Assembly: GCA_035697025.1 (NCBI GenBank)
Contig: DASSDQ010000073.1
Span: 1-54,938, forward strand
Reading direction: 5' to 3'
Source: Erysipelotrichaceae bacterium
GTDB lineage: Bacteria; Bacillota_I; Bacilli_A; Erysipelotrichales; Erysipelotrichaceae
Length of the DNA: 54,938 nucleotides
Both the position numbers and the translations under genes were made by a program. Under the pieces are notes generated by a model that had not been told where the DNA came from, made no database searches, and saw only the letters and a list, made by a program, of their open reading frames with translations. Of this stretch, positions 31,677 through 42,781 are shown one piece after another (position 1 is the stretch's first letter; each line of letters starts with the position of its first letter).

Positions 31677-32075
31677 ATGATGAATATGACAGATCCAATT
31701 GCGGATATGCTTACTAGATTACGTAACGCTATACAAGCGCGTCACGATGTGGTGGAAGTACCATCCAGCAAGGAAAAAGTAGAGATTGCTCGCATTTTAA
31801 AAGAAGAAGGTTTCATTAACGGTTACGTTGTAACTGGTGATTTACCTAAAATGATTACAATCAGTTTAAAATACGGACCAAATAAAGAAAAAGTATTATC
31901 TGGTTTAAAACGTATTTCTAAACCAGGATTACGTGTCTATGTTGACGTTAATCGTATCCCTAGAGTCTTAAATGGCTTAGGCGTTGCTATCGTTTCAACT
32001 TCTCACGGACTTCTAACCGACAAACAAGCACGCGCACAACATGTGGGCGGTGAAGTTGTCGCCTACGTTTGGTAG
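31677..32075 (+). CDS. rpsH: 30S ribosomal protein S8
   Basis: [23 protein letters not shown] lies 8 nt before ATG 31677. Confidence 0.95.
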   Translation: MMNMTDPIADMLTRLRNAIQARHDVVEVPSSKEKVEIARILKEEGFINGYVVTGDLPKMITISLKYGPNKEKVLSGLKRISKPGLRVYVDVNRIPRVLNGLGVAIVSTSHGLLTDKQARAQHVGGEVVAYVW

Positions 32076-32090
32076 AAGAAAGGAACATCC

Positions 32091-32636
32091 ATGTCACGTA
32101 TCGGAAATAAAGCGATTACCGTTCCTGCTGGTGTTGAAGTAGTTATCAACCCAGGGAATGAGGTGACGGTCAAAGGTTCTAAAGGAACTTTATCTCGTCA
32201 ATTCAATCCTGCTCTAGGAATTGAATTAAATGAGCAAACTTTGACTGTTTCTCGTCCTAATGAACAGAAACATACAAAACAACTTCATGGCACAACTCGT
32301 GCATTACTATTCAATATGATCGAAGGAGTCAGCAATGGCTTTACTCGTTCATTAGAATTAGTAGGTATCGGTTACCGTGCTAACGTTGTTGGAAGTAAAT
32401 TAACTATCAACATTGGATATTCACATCCAGTAATATTTGAAATCGAACAAGGTGTTACAATCGAATGTAAGACTCCAACTGAAATCATTGTTACAGGTAT
32501 TGATAAACAAAGAGTTGGTGAATGGGCTGCTAATATTCGTGCAGTTCGTAAACCTGAACCTTATAAAGGTAAGGGTATCCGTTATAAAGGCGAAGTTGTC
32601 CGCCGTAAAGAAGGAAAGACAGCAGGTAAGAAATAG
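32091..32636 (+). CDS. rplF: 50S ribosomal protein L6
   Basis: [17 protein letters not shown]. Confidence 0.97.
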   Translation: MSRIGNKAITVPAGVEVVINPGNEVTVKGSKGTLSRQFNPALGIELNEQTLTVSRPNEQKHTKQLHGTTRALLFNMIEGVSNGFTRSLELVGIGYRANVVGSKLTINIGYSHPVIFEIEQGVTIECKTPTEIIVTGIDKQRVGEWAANIRAVRKPEPYKGKGIRYKGEVVRRKEGKTAGKK

Positions 32637-32657
32637 TGGGAAAGGAGAAACCAGTTC

Positions 32658-33014
32658 ATGCTTAAAAAAGTTTCAAAAAATTCAGAAAGACAACGTAGAC
32701 ATGCTCGTGTACGTACTAAAGTCTCTGGGACTGCAGATCGCCCACGTTTAAACGTATTCCGTTCAAATTCACACATTTCAGCACAATTAATTGATGATGT
32801 AAATGGTGTTACTCTAGTTTCTGCAAATAGTGTAGAATTAAAGTTAGAAAATGGCGGTAACGTTACTGCTGCTGCTTTGGTAGGTACAGAGGTCGCTACA
32901 CGCGCACTTAAAGCCAATATTACAAATGTAGTGTTTGACCGTGGTGGATACCTCTATCACGGAAGAGTCAAGGCGCTTGCAGATGCTGCAAGAAATGCCG
33001 GACTTGTATTCTAG
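32658..33014 (+). CDS. rplR: 50S ribosomal protein L18
   Basis: [24 protein letters not shown] and [16 protein letters not shown]. Confidence 0.97.
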   Translation: MLKKVSKNSERQRRHARVRTKVSGTADRPRLNVFRSNSHISAQLIDDVNGVTLVSANSVELKLENGGNVTAAALVGTEVATRALKANITNVVFDRGGYLYHGRVKALADAARNAGLVF

Positions 33015-33023
33015 GAGGTCGCC

Positions 33024-33536
33024 ATGGAACGTAAACCAAGAAGATTCGAAAGAGAACCAAAAGAATTTGAAGAACGCGTAGTCGTTATCAACCGTGTAAC
33101 CAAGGTTGTTAAAGGTGGTCGCCGCTTCCGCTTTGCTGCATTAGTTGTTATTGGAGATAAGAAAGGTCGTGTCGGTTTTGGTACTGGCAAGGCTAACGAA
33201 GTTCCTGATGCAATTAAGAAGGCAATTGAGGATGCAAAAAAGAATTTATTCGTAGTTCCTATAGTTGGAACTTCAATCCCTCATACAGCTATCGGTAATT
33301 TCGGTGCAGGATCCGTATTAATTCGCCCTGCTACAGAAGGTACTGGTGTTATCGCTGGAGGTCCAATCCGTGCCGTTCTTGAATTGGCTGGTGTAGGTGA
33401 TATCTTAACTAAATGTTTGGGTTCACGCACTCCAATCAATATGGTTCGTGCAACTGTTGAAGCCCTTAAGAGTTTAAAGACAGTAGAACAAGTCGCAAAA
33501 CTTCGTGATCTAAAACGCGAAGAAGTGCGCGCTTAG
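33024..33536 (+). CDS. rpsE: 30S ribosomal protein S5
   Basis: [24 protein letters not shown]. Confidence 0.97.
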   Translation: MERKPRRFEREPKEFEERVVVINRVTKVVKGGRRFRFAALVVIGDKKGRVGFGTGKANEVPDAIKKAIEDAKKNLFVVPIVGTSIPHTAIGNFGAGSVLIRPATEGTGVIAGGPIRAVLELAGVGDILTKCLGSRTPINMVRATVEALKSLKTVEQVAKLRDLKREEVRA

Positions 33537-33547
33537 AGGAGGCTTGT

Positions 33548-33988
33548 ATGAAGTTACATGAATTAAAATATACTGAAGGCGCTCGTAAAGATAGCAAGCG
33601 CTTAGGTCGTGGACAAGGTTCAGGACAAGGTAAAACAGCTGGTAAAGGTAACAAAGGTCAAAATGCTCGTTCCGGAGGCGGAGTGGCATTAGGATTTGAA
33701 GGGGGTCAAACTCCTATTTACCGTCGTATTCCTAAACGTGGATTTACAAACATTCACCGTGTAGAATATGCGATCGTAAATGTTGAACAACTAAACCGTT
33801 TTGAAAACGGGGTAGAAGTTAGCCCAGAATTGTTAATCGAAACTGGACTAGTTAAAAAAGAATATAATGGAATCAAAATCCTAGGCGTTGGAACTTTAGA
33901 AAAGAAGTTAACTGTTAAAGCACACAAATTTTCTAAGTCCGCTGTTACTTTGATTGAACAAGCAGGCGGAAAAGCAGAGGTCATCTAG
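33548..33988 (+). CDS. rplO: 50S ribosomal protein L15
   Basis: [38 protein letters not shown]. It starts 11 nt after rpsE, which leaves no room for rpmD. Confidence 0.97.
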   Translation: MKLHELKYTEGARKDSKRLGRGQGSGQGKTAGKGNKGQNARSGGGVALGFEGGQTPIYRRIPKRGFTNIHRVEYAIVNVEQLNRFENGVEVSPELLIETGLVKKEYNGIKILGVGTLEKKLTVKAHKFSKSAVTLIEQAGGKAEVI

Positions 33989-33989
33989 A

Positions 33990-35279
33990 ATGATCAAGAT
34001 GTTCGTCAATCTGTTTAAACAAAAGGATATTCGTAAGAAGATTTTCTTCACACTCGCAATGTTATTTGTATTTCGATTAGGTGCAGGTATTCCTGTACCT
34101 TTAGTCGATACTGAAGCATTGTTAGCAGGTGTTGCAGATAACTCAGTCTTGGGGATTATGAACCTACTCGGAGGTGGAGCACTTCAACGTTTCTCTGTCT
34201 TCGCAATGGGGGTTGGTCCTTATATTACTGCGAGCATTATTATTCAATTATTAGCGATGGATGTAGTACCTGCTTTGTCAGAAATGGCTAAATCAGGACA
34301 ACAAGGTAAGAAACAAATGGATAAGATTACACGTTATGTGGCAGTCTTCCTAGCAATGTTTCAAGCCTTTACACTTACATATGCATTCGATGTAAACTAT
34401 GGATTACTACAAGATCCTACTGTAGCAAACTTCATATATGTTTCAGTTGTACTTACAGCTGGTACGATGTTTCTACTTTGGATTGGTGATCGTATTTCAT
34501 CGTTTGGTATCGGTAATGGTATCTCCATCATCATTTTCGCTGGTATCGTCTCACGTATTCCGTTTGATTTCTCAACAATGTTTAAAACCATGGTTGACAC
34601 CAGCAGCAATGCAGCATTATTCAGTGGAGTCATTAATTTCTTTATCTATACTTTGATGTACTTAGCGATTATCGTATTGGTTATCTTCATGCAACGTGCA
34701 GAACGTAAAATTCCAATTCAATATACGTCAAGTAATCTTCGTAAAGGTAAGAACGATGTGACTTTCCTTCCTTTAAAGATTAACTCTGCTAGCGTAATTC
34801 CTGTCATCTTTGCATCAGCGGTTATGACAGCGCCAGCAACAGCATTTAGTTTCTTCTCTCAAACACAAGGATTATATCAATTCTTCTCAGATGTATTTAA
34901 TTTCCAAAAACCTTTGGGATTAACCATCTATGCAGTATTAATTGTAATCTTCACATTCTTCTATACCAACTTACAAGTTGATCCAGAGAAAATTGCGGAG
35001 AATCTAGGCAAACAAGGGACTTACATTCCTGGTATTAGACCTGGTTCAGAGACGAAGGAATATTTATCTAAAGTACTAAATCGTATCACTGTATTAGGGG
35101 CTTTATTCTTAGTCTTTATCGCAGTATTACCATATCTCTTACCGATGGTAACATCACTTCCTAATACAGTTTCTGTAGGTGGAACAGGTATCATCATCGT
35201 AGTAGGGGTAGCGTTAGAAACGATGAAGGATTTAGAGGGACAAATGACTCAGAAAGTATACCGTGGCTTCATTAAGTAG
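33990..35279 (+). CDS. secY: Preprotein translocase subunit SecY
   Basis: A 10-TM protein with GIMNLLGGGALQRFSVFAMGVGPYITASII. ATG 33990 lies 9 nt after GCAGAGG. Confidence 0.95.
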   Translation: MIKMFVNLFKQKDIRKKIFFTLAMLFVFRLGAGIPVPLVDTEALLAGVADNSVLGIMNLLGGGALQRFSVFAMGVGPYITASIIIQLLAMDVVPALSEMAKSGQQGKKQMDKITRYVAVFLAMFQAFTLTYAFDVNYGLLQDPTVANFIYVSVVLTAGTMFLLWIGDRISSFGIGNGISIIIFAGIVSRIPFDFSTMFKTMVDTSSNAALFSGVINFFIYTLMYLAIIVLVIFMQRAERKIPIQYTSSNLRKGKNDVTFLPLKINSASVIPVIFASAVMTAPATAFSFFSQTQGLYQFFSDVFNFQKPLGLTIYAVLIVIFTFFYTNLQVDPEKIAENLGKQGTYIPGIRPGSETKEYLSKVLNRITVLGALFLVFIAVLPYLLPMVTSLPNTVSVGGTGIIIVVGVALETMKDLEGQMTQKVYRGFIK

Positions 35280-35288
35280 GAGGAACGT

Positions 35289-35936
35289 ATGAACATACTA
35301 ATTATGGGCGCTGCCGGAAGCGGCAAAGGAACAATGGCACAATTGATTATTCAAAAGTACTCCATTCCGCATATTTCCACTGGGAATATGTTTCGTTCGC
35401 ACATGTATGCTAATACACCACTTGGTTTAGAAGCGCGTAAGTATATTGATGAAGGACGTTTAGTTCCAGATGAAGTAACGATTCAAATGATTCAAGAACG
35501 CTTGCTTGAGCCTGATTGTTTAAAGGGTTATCTACTAGATGGATATCCTAGAACATTGCCTCAAGCAGTAGCGTTTGAGGATATAGCACATCAGATTAGT
35601 CGTCCTGTACAAGCGGTTATTAACCTCAAAGTACAATTAGATGATTTAGCTGAACGTGTAACCGGGCGTAGAGTATGTGAAAAGTGTGGAGCGATTTATC
35701 ATATAAAACAACAACCTCCAAAAGTTGAAGGTGTATGTGATTTATGTGGTGGAAAACTCATACACCGTTCAGATGATACAGTACATCAATTAGGTGTGCG
35801 ATTAAATGAGCATGTAACATTAACTCAACCCGTATTAGATTTTTACGCAAAAAAAGGCTTAGTGTTTGATATTGATGCATCTCGATCAATTGATGAAGTA
35901 TTTAAAGATATTGACTCAGTTTTGGAGAAAATTTAA
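35289..35936 (+). CDS. adk: Adenylate kinase (Cys4 zinc lid)
   Basis: P-loop GAAGSGKGT. Lid CEKCG...CDLCGG. Confidence 0.95.
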   Translation: MNILIMGAAGSGKGTMAQLIIQKYSIPHISTGNMFRSHMYANTPLGLEARKYIDEGRLVPDEVTIQMIQERLLEPDCLKGYLLDGYPRTLPQAVAFEDIAHQISRPVQAVINLKVQLDDLAERVTGRRVCEKCGAIYHIKQQPPKVEGVCDLCGGKLIHRSDDTVHQLGVRLNEHVTLTQPVLDFYAKKGLVFDIDASRSIDEVFKDIDSVLEKI

Positions 35937-36709
35937 TGATTACACAAAAATCCAAGCGTGAAATCGAACTCATGCGTAAAGCAGGAGAAATAGTTGCCTT
36001 AGCCCATCAAGCCGTAGCTAAAGCAATTAAGCCTGGAATTACTACTCTAGAGATTGATTCAATCGTAGAACAAGTAATACTGGATAACCAGGCAACACCT
36101 TCATTTAAGGGTTACAACGGATTTCCAAGTGCAACATGTACGTCTGTAAATAACGTATTAGTTCACGGATTTCCTGGTAAACAAATCTTAAAAGAAGGCG
36201 ATATTATATCCGTCGATATTGGCGCTTGTTATAAAGGTTATCATGGAGATAGTGCTTGGACATATGCCATTGGTAAAGTTTCAAAAGAAGCTGAACACTT
36301 AATGGAAGTAACCAAACAAAGTCTTTATGAAGGCTTAAAAGTTGTCAAGGCAGGTGTACATTTGTCTGATGTGTCCAACACAATCGGAGAATACGTTTAT
36401 TCTTTCGGTTATAGTGTACCGTATGAATATACCGGACATGGCATCGGCGCAAATCTACATGAAGATCCAGCAATTCCAAATTATGGACCAAAAGGTAAAG
36501 GCCCCATCCTAAAAGCAGGTATGACCTTAGCGATTGAACCAATGGTTCATCGCGGTAAACCTTTTACCAAAGTATTGGCAGATGATTGGACCGTCGTGAC
36601 AAAGGATGGATCACTAGCAGCTCATTATGAACACACAGTTCTAGTGACAGAAGATGGGTGTGAAATCTTAACCACCATCTCAAAGGAGGAAACTTTACTG
36701 AATGGGTAA
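35936..36709 (+). CDS. map: Type I methionine aminopeptidase
   Basis: [23 protein letters not shown] and HYEHTV metal-ligand motifs. Confidence 0.95.
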   Translation: MITQKSKREIELMRKAGEIVALAHQAVAKAIKPGITTLEIDSIVEQVILDNQATPSFKGYNGFPSATCTSVNNVLVHGFPGKQILKEGDIISVDIGACYKGYHGDSAWTYAIGKVSKEAEHLMEVTKQSLYEGLKVVKAGVHLSDVSNTIGEYVYSFGYSVPYEYTGHGIGANLHEDPAIPNYGPKGKGPILKAGMTLAIEPMVHRGKPFTKVLADDWTVVTKDGSLAAHYEHTVLVTEDGCEILTTISKEETLLNG

Positions 36710-36920
36710 ACAAGACGTTATAGAAATAGAAGGCGTAGTAGAGAAAGTTCTACCAAATGCGACCTTCGATGTGAAATTAACAAACGGGCATTCGCTCAAA
36801 GCCCACGTTTCTGGTAAAATCCGCATGCATTACATTCGCATTTTACCAGGTGACCGCGTCACCGTTGAAATTTCGCCGTATGATTTAACACGTGGGAGAA
36901 TTACATTTAGACACAAGTAG
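36702..36920 (+). CDS. infA: Translation initiation factor IF-1
   Basis: 72 aa. [12 protein letters not shown]...[13 protein letters not shown]. Confidence 0.97.
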   Translation: MGKQDVIEIEGVVEKVLPNATFDVKLTNGHSLKAHVSGKIRMHYIRILPGDRVTVEISPYDLTRGRITFRHK

Positions 36921-36938
36921 TGTCAAGGAGTGACAAGT

Positions 36939-37052
36939 ATGAAAGTTAGACCATCAGTCAAACCCATATGCGACAAATGCCGAGTCATCAAACGTAAAGG
37001 TCGCGTAATGGTTATTTGTGAGAATCCGAAGCACAAACAACGTCAAGGATAA
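36939..37052 (+). CDS. rpmJ: 50S ribosomal protein L36 (not in the ORF track)
   Basis: Hand translation gives [37 protein letters not shown] (37 aa) with a TAA stop at 37050-37052. AAGGAG RBS. Canonical position between infA and rpsM. Confidence 0.93.
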   Translation: MKVRPSVKPICDKCRVIKRKGRVMVICENPKHKQRQG

Positions 37053-37070
37053 TAGGAGGAACATAGAAAC

Positions 37071-37436
37071 ATGGCTCGTATAGCAGGTATTGATATTCCA
37101 CGCGATAAACGTGTAGTAGTATCACTAACATATGTTTATGGAATCGGCCGTCCTTTGGCTGAAAAGATATTGGAAACAACACAAATTTCTGAAGATATTC
37201 GTGTAAAAGACTTGACGGATGACCAAGTCAACGCGATTCGTAAAGAAGTTGACAAAATTAAAGTAGAAGGTGACTTACGTCGTGAAATAAGCTTAAACAT
37301 CAAACGTTTGATGGAAATTGGCTCATATCGTGGATTACGTCATCGTAAAGGTTTGCCAGTTCGTGGACAAAGAACACGTACGAATGCTCGTACGCGTAAA
37401 GGACCACGTCGTACTGTAGCGAACAAGAAGAAATAG
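37071..37436 (+). CDS. rpsM: 30S ribosomal protein S13
   Basis: [15 protein letters not shown]. Confidence 0.97.
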   Translation: MARIAGIDIPRDKRVVVSLTYVYGIGRPLAEKILETTQISEDIRVKDLTDDQVNAIRKEVDKIKVEGDLRREISLNIKRLMEIGSYRGLRHRKGLPVRGQRTRTNARTRKGPRRTVANKKK

Positions 37437-37448
37437 GAGGATTGAAAC

Positions 37449-37838
37449 ATGGCAACAAAACCAGCAACACGTAAACGTCGTGTACGTAAGAATGTCGCTC
37501 GCGGTGTAGCACACATTCATTCTACCTTCAACAACACAATCGTAACTATTACGGATGAACAAGGTAACGTTATTTCATGGTCAAGTGCAGGTGCACTTGG
37601 TTATAAGGGATCACGTAAATCAACACCGTTCGCAGCTCAACAATGTTCAGAAGCTGCTGCAAAAGCAGCTGTTGATCACGGAATGCGCACAGTTGAAGTC
37701 TTAGTTAAGGGTGTAGGCCCAGGAAGAGAATCTGCAGTTCGTAGTTTACAAACAGCAGGATTAAACATCACTGTAATCAATGATGTTACACCTATTCCAC
37801 ATAACGGATGCCGTCCACCGAAACGTCCACGTGGTTAG
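37449..37838 (+). CDS. rpsK: 30S ribosomal protein S11
   Basis: [18 protein letters not shown] and [12 protein letters not shown]-like C-terminus. Confidence 0.97.
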   Translation: MATKPATRKRRVRKNVARGVAHIHSTFNNTIVTITDEQGNVISWSSAGALGYKGSRKSTPFAAQQCSEAAAKAAVDHGMRTVEVLVKGVGPGRESAVRSLQTAGLNITVINDVTPIPHNGCRPPKRPRG

Positions 37839-37860
37839 GATTAAATGAGGAGGGCCTGAA

Positions 37861-38820
37861 ATGCAAAAATTTGAACGTGCACAATTTGAAATACAAGAAT
37901 ATGTAGAATCCAATCACTACGGAAAGTTTGAAATTCAACCTTTAGAACGTGGTTTTGGTACAACGATCGGCAATGCATTAAGAAGAGTATTACTCTCCTC
38001 GTTACCGGGAGCAGCGGTTTATTCTGTCAAAATTGAAGGCGTATATCACGAATTCACCTCAATTCCTGGTGTCGTGGAAGATGTCACCAATATTATACTA
38101 AACTTAAAAGACTTGATTTTAGTTGTTAATGATGATGAAACTTATACACTTCGTATCAATGCGAAGGGTAGTAAAGTTGTGACAGCTGGGGATATTGAAT
38201 GTCCTGCAAATGTCGAAGTCTTGAATAAAGACTTAGTTATCGCTACGCTAGAAGATGGCGCAATACTTGAAATGGAAATGAAAGCTAAGAATGGCCGTGG
38301 CTATGTCTCAGCTGATCAAAACAAGAGCCTTCACCAAGGTGCTTCTCAAGGTATTGGAACAATTTATACTGACTCCATCTATACTCCAATTGAACGTGTA
38401 AGCTACGCTGTAGAACCTACACGTGTTGGACAAGATGCTAAGTATGATAAACTCATTTTGGAAATTTGGACGAATGGTTCAATTACTCCACAATCATCTG
38501 TCGCATTAGCTGCTCGTATCTTGACTGATCACTTGGATTTATTCAGTGACATCAATGATCAAGTTGCGTCAATGGATTCTGTAATTAAAGAATCTACGAA
38601 TGAAAGTACCAATAAAGGTATGGTCATGATGATTGAAGATTTAGATTTATCTGTACGCTCATACAACTGTTTGAAGCGCGCAGGTATTCAAACTGTGGAT
38701 GAACTAACACAACGCAGCGAAGATGAAATGATGCGTGTTCGTAATCTAGGTAAGAAGTCATTAAAAGAAGTTAAAGAAAAACTTATCGACATGGGCCTCG
38801 GCTTCAAGGTCTATGATTAA
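37861..38820 (+). CDS. rpoA: DNA-directed RNA polymerase subunit alpha
   Basis: [25 protein letters not shown]-terminal domain [16 protein letters not shown]. Confidence 0.97.
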   Translation: MQKFERAQFEIQEYVESNHYGKFEIQPLERGFGTTIGNALRRVLLSSLPGAAVYSVKIEGVYHEFTSIPGVVEDVTNIILNLKDLILVVNDDETYTLRINAKGSKVVTAGDIECPANVEVLNKDLVIATLEDGAILEMEMKAKNGRGYVSADQNKSLHQGASQGIGTIYTDSIYTPIERVSYAVEPTRVGQDAKYDKLILEIWTNGSITPQSSVALAARILTDHLDLFSDINDQVASMDSVIKESTNESTNKGMVMMIEDLDLSVRSYNCLKRAGIQTVDELTQRSEDEMMRVRNLGKKSLKEVKEKLIDMGLGFKVYD

Positions 38821-38837
38821 GGAGTGAAATAAGCACT

Positions 38838-39200
38838 ATGGAAAATCGTAAATTTGGACGTAATGCCGATCACCGCGTAGCAATGTTGCGTAACTTAGCA
38901 ACTAGTTTAATTGTTAGCGGAAAAATTGAAACAACTGAAATGAAAGCAATGGATTTACGTTCTGTTGTGGATGAACTAATCACCACTGCAAAACGCAATG
39001 ACTTACATGCTCGTCGTCAAGTTGCGGCTTACTTAAGAGATGTCGTTGCTGACAAAAAAACGGGTCAAACAGCGTTACAAAAATTGTTTGATGAAATTGC
39101 ACCAAAGTATGTTGACCGTAAAGGTGGATATACTCGTGTTATGAAAACAAGTGTTCGTCGTGGGGACGCAGCCCCTATGGCAACCATCGAGTTGGTATAG
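38838..39200 (+). CDS. rplQ: 50S ribosomal protein L17
   Basis: [15 protein letters not shown] and GGYTRV. Confidence 0.97.
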   Translation: MENRKFGRNADHRVAMLRNLATSLIVSGKIETTEMKAMDLRSVVDELITTAKRNDLHARRQVAAYLRDVVADKKTGQTALQKLFDEIAPKYVDRKGGYTRVMKTSVRRGDAAPMATIELV

Positions 39201-39206
39201 AAAACT

Positions 39207-39230
39207 GGGGAGCATTTGCTCCCCTTTCTT
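39207..39230 (+). terminator. Rho-independent terminator after rplQ
   Basis: GGGGAGC (39207-39213) pairs with GCTCCCC (39218-39224), followed by TTTCTT. Confidence 0.8.
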
Positions 39231-39233
39231 ATT

Positions 39234-39857
39234 ATGTTTGACTTAGAACAACTAAGAGATTCAGCACTTAGAGATAATGTCCCGATCATGCAAGAAACGG
39301 GAATTTTGTATTGTAAAGAATTTATACATGAAAAAGGAATTAAATCTATTTTAGAAATCGGTACAGCAGTTGGTTATTGGAGCTTATGTATTGCTACATC
39401 AAACCCTGAGTTAACAATCACTACAGTAGAATTTAGTCAAGAACGCTATGATCAAGCTGTTCAAAATGTATTAGACGCAAACAAACAAAATCAAATTGAG
39501 TGTGTTCATATGGACGCTAAATACTTTGTACCTAATAGAACATTCGATTTAATCTTCTTAGATGGACCAAAAGCACAACATAAGAATTACTTTAATCAAT
39601 TTTTACCTTATTTGAATCCAAATGGATTTATAATAGTAGATAATATGTCATTTCATGGCCATGTTCAAAATCGTATGAATCTATCAAAACGTAGAGGATT
39701 ACAGAAAATGGTAAATAAGATAGCCTTATTTGAAGAATGGGTTATAAATCACCCAGATTATGTCACAATGAAACAAGATATTGCGGATGGTATTCTAGTC
39801 ATATGGCGAAAATACCCAGATGTTTTGAGATATGATATGATTACAAAAGGAGAATAA
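39234..39857 (+). CDS. Class I SAM-dependent O-methyltransferase (family 3, YrrM/TrmR-like)
   Basis: Motif I ILEIGTAVGYWS and LIFLDGPKAQ. The start is moved to ATG 39234 because the ORF-track start at 39216 lies inside the rplQ terminator. Confidence 0.6.
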   Translation: MFDLEQLRDSALRDNVPIMQETGILYCKEFIHEKGIKSILEIGTAVGYWSLCIATSNPELTITTVEFSQERYDQAVQNVLDANKQNQIECVHMDAKYFVPNRTFDLIFLDGPKAQHKNYFNQFLPYLNPNGFIIVDNMSFHGHVQNRMNLSKRRGLQKMVNKIALFEEWVINHPDYVTMKQDIADGILVIWRKYPDVLRYDMITKGE

Positions 39858-39859
39858 CG

Positions 39860-40321
39860 ATGAAAACATTATTAAAGTTAATTACTCTTTCGGCTGCGGC
39901 AGTTATCGCATATAAAGCATATGAAAACAATAAGAAAAAAAACGAAGTAAAAGAAGTCGTTCAATTTGATACTACTGTTCAAAAATTACCTGAGTTAGTT
40001 GTAGAGTCAAAATTAGGCGATTCATTAATCCAAAGTTTTAAAGTTCAGTCTAAAGTTATGATGGATGCATATCCAAGTAACCAATTAATTGATATTAAAC
40101 ACACTGTAAGTTTTATTGATTCTGATCAATTAAATACATACTCTGAATATTTGAAACAACAAAACTATATTTACGAAATTAACGATGATTTAAGCATTAA
40201 CCTACGTCATACCATTAAGACAGATGCACAAGATGCATTTAATGAGATCATTAAAGTTGCGGAATCAACACTGGAATATCATGGTATTTATCAAGGATGG
40301 GTTTTTGAGAATCTTAAATAG
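39860..40321 (+). CDS. Hypothetical membrane-anchored protein (possible RraB/DUF695-like C-terminal domain)
   Basis: N-terminal TM segment LLKLITLSAAAVIAY. The C-terminus ends in GIYQGWVFE, which recalls the YDGWE signature of RraB-like domains. The assignment is weak. Confidence 0.35.
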   Translation: MKTLLKLITLSAAAVIAYKAYENNKKKNEVKEVVQFDTTVQKLPELVVESKLGDSLIQSFKVQSKVMMDAYPSNQLIDIKHTVSFIDSDQLNTYSEYLKQQNYIYEINDDLSINLRHTIKTDAQDAFNEIIKVAESTLEYHGIYQGWVFENLK

Positions 40322-40333
40322 AATGAGAGAGCT

Positions 40334-41161
40334 ATGAATCCAATTGAAGTTAAAGATTTAAATTTTTCTTATGACCAACATTTAGATGTCGTTAAAGATG
40401 TCTCTTTTACTGTACAAAGAGGAAGCTATACGACTTTAATTGGGCATAATGGTAGTGGAAAAAGTACAATTGCGAAATTGATTATAGGTTTATTAGAGAA
40501 GGAACAAGGATCTATTTTAATTGATGGTGAAGAGTTGAACAACGATACTGTTGAAACAATCCGCAGAAAAATAGGAATTGTATTTCAAAATCCAGATAAT
40601 CAATTTATTGGTGCGACTGTTCGTGATGATATTGCGTTTGGTTTAGAAAATCATCAGGTTGATCCACTAGAAATGGACGCTATTATCGAGAAATATGCGC
40701 GTGAAGTTGGGATGAGTGATTATCTAAATCATGAACCTACACGTCTTTCAGGTGGGCAGAAACAACGTGTCGCGATTGCGGGAATACTTGCGATGGAACC
40801 AGAAATATTAATTCTTGATGAAGCAACATCGATGCTTGACCCCGAAGGTAAAGAAGAGATTAATAGCTTAGTTAAACAACTACATAAAGAAAATAATATG
40901 ACGATACTATCAATCACACACGATGTTGAAGAAGTATTGAAAAGTGATCATGTCATTGTTATGTTTGAAGGTAGAATTGTTAAAGATGGTTTACCAAGCA
41001 AAGTAATGTTAAATGAACAAGAACTTGTTCGCTTAAAACTAGATGCACCTTATAGTGTCAAACTCTCAAATGAATTAAGTAAATTAGGGATTAAAATTAA
41101 TAAGTCATGGGATATGGAAGGAATGGTGGATGAATTATGCCAATTGCTTTTGAAAAAGTAA
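40334..41161 (+). CDS. ecfA1: ECF transporter ATPase component EcfA1
   Basis: Walker A GHNGSGKST, signature LSGGQKQR, Walker B ILILDEATS. Conserved order ecfA-ecfA'-ecfT-truA. Confidence 0.9.
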   Translation: MNPIEVKDLNFSYDQHLDVVKDVSFTVQRGSYTTLIGHNGSGKSTIAKLIIGLLEKEQGSILIDGEELNNDTVETIRRKIGIVFQNPDNQFIGATVRDDIAFGLENHQVDPLEMDAIIEKYAREVGMSDYLNHEPTRLSGGQKQRVAIAGILAMEPEILILDEATSMLDPEGKEEINSLVKQLHKENNMTILSITHDVEEVLKSDHVIVMFEGRIVKDGLPSKVMLNEQELVRLKLDAPYSVKLSNELSKLGIKINKSWDMEGMVDELCQLLLKK

Positions 41162-41994
41162 ATTATATTTATGCGCCAAAGACTCCATTTCAATATGAAG
41201 CCTTAAAGAATATCGATCTAGCGATTGAATTAAATAAGATTACAGCGATTATTGGACCTACGGGAAGTGGAAAAAGTACACTTGTACAACATCTAAACGC
41301 ATTGTTATTACCTACAGAAGGTACTGTTTTTGTGTTAGATCGTACCCTTATTGCGAATCAGAAAAATAAAGATTTAAAATCACTCCGACAAAAAGTTGGT
41401 TTAGTTTTCCAATTTCCTGAATATCAACTATTCGAAGAAACCATCTTAAAAGATGTAATGTTTGGTCCATTGAACTTTAAAGTAAGTGAAGATGAAGCAC
41501 GACAAAAATCGATGACCGCTTTAACAATGGTTGGATTAGATGAAAGTTTCTATGAACGTTCACCGCTTGATATTTCGGGTGGTCAAAAACGTAGAGTTGC
41601 GATTGCAGGTATCCTTGCCATTAATCCTGATGTATTAGTTCTTGATGAACCTACGGCTGGTTTAGACCCACAGGGGGCTAAATCAATGATGGAACTATTT
41701 GTGGAATTAAACCGTAAATATAAAAAGACTATACTGATTGTTACACATGATATGGATCATGTTCTAAACTATTGCGATAACGTAATCGTTATGAAAAAAG
41801 GTGAAGTTGTTACTCATCAACAAGTCAATGATTTCTTCTTTAAAGGCGATTCAGTCATAGATATCGAAATGGCATTACCACAACGTTTAAGATTTGTGGA
41901 AGCATTACGTGAAAAAGGATTTAATTTGGAATCTAAGATTTCAAACATTAAAGAACTTGCATTAGCGATTAAGAAGGAGATTAACCATGAATAA
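41137..41994 (+). CDS. ecfA2: ECF transporter ATPase component EcfA2
   Basis: GPTGSGKST, ISGGQKRR and VLVLDEPTAGLD. Confidence 0.9.
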   Translation: MPIAFEKVNYIYAPKTPFQYEALKNIDLAIELNKITAIIGPTGSGKSTLVQHLNALLLPTEGTVFVLDRTLIANQKNKDLKSLRQKVGLVFQFPEYQLFEETILKDVMFGPLNFKVSEDEARQKSMTALTMVGLDESFYERSPLDISGGQKRRVAIAGILAINPDVLVLDEPTAGLDPQGAKSMMELFVELNRKYKKTILIVTHDMDHVLNYCDNVIVMKKGEVVTHQQVNDFFFKGDSVIDIEMALPQRLRFVEALREKGFNLESKISNIKELALAIKKEINHE

Positions 41995-42781
41995 CATTGC
42001 GTTAGGACGTTATCTACCTTTAAATTCGATTGTGCATAAAATGGACCCTCGTTTTAAACTTGTTGCGATGCTTGTACTTATGGTCGCAATCTTTTTCCCA
42101 TCTGGTTATATCGGTTATGTAATAATTGGAACATTTGTTTTATTTGCTTTACTACTCGCAAAATTAAACTTTACGATGATTATTCGTGCGATGAAACCAA
42201 TGTTATTTATGTTAGTATTCTTAACATTCGTAAATACATTAGTTCTTAGAACAGGTTATGTATTAGTCGATTTATTTGGATTTAAAGTTTATAGTGATGC
42301 AATATTCCAAACACTTTATATAACAATACGTTTATTATTAATGATTATGGTTACTACAATCCTTACGGCAAGTACAAAACCTTTAGACTTAACATTAGCG
42401 ATCGAAGATTTATTCAGCCCATTAAAACGATTTGGTTTCCCAGCTCATGAGATCGCAATGATGATTTCAATCGCGTTACGATTCATTCCAACATTAATTG
42501 ATGAAACAAATCGTATTATGAAGGCACAAGCATCTCGTGGTGTAGATTTAAAAGAAGGTTCATTTAAAGAAAAGATTATGGCAGTATTATCATTAATTGT
42601 TCCATTATTTGTATCAAGTTTCCAAAGAGCTGAAGAATTAGCTGATGCGATGGAAGCAAGAGGTTATATTCCATCCGCAACACGTACACGTTATAAACAA
42701 CTTAAACATACGCCTAAGGATTGGATAATGATGGCTTCCGTTATAATTATTTTAGGAAGTGTTGTATGGATAAGTCTATAA
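41987..42781 (+). CDS. ecfT: ECF transporter transmembrane component EcfT
   Basis: A multi-TM protein with conserved ARG motifs (AQASRGVD, MEARGY). Confidence 0.88.
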   Translation: MNNIALGRYLPLNSIVHKMDPRFKLVAMLVLMVAIFFPSGYIGYVIIGTFVLFALLLAKLNFTMIIRAMKPMLFMLVFLTFVNTLVLRTGYVLVDLFGFKVYSDAIFQTLYITIRLLLMIMVTTILTASTKPLDLTLAIEDLFSPLKRFGFPAHEIAMMISIALRFIPTLIDETNRIMKAQASRGVDLKEGSFKEKIMAVLSLIVPLFVSSFQRAEELADAMEARGYIPSATRTRYKQLKHTPKDWIMMASVIIILGSVVWISL

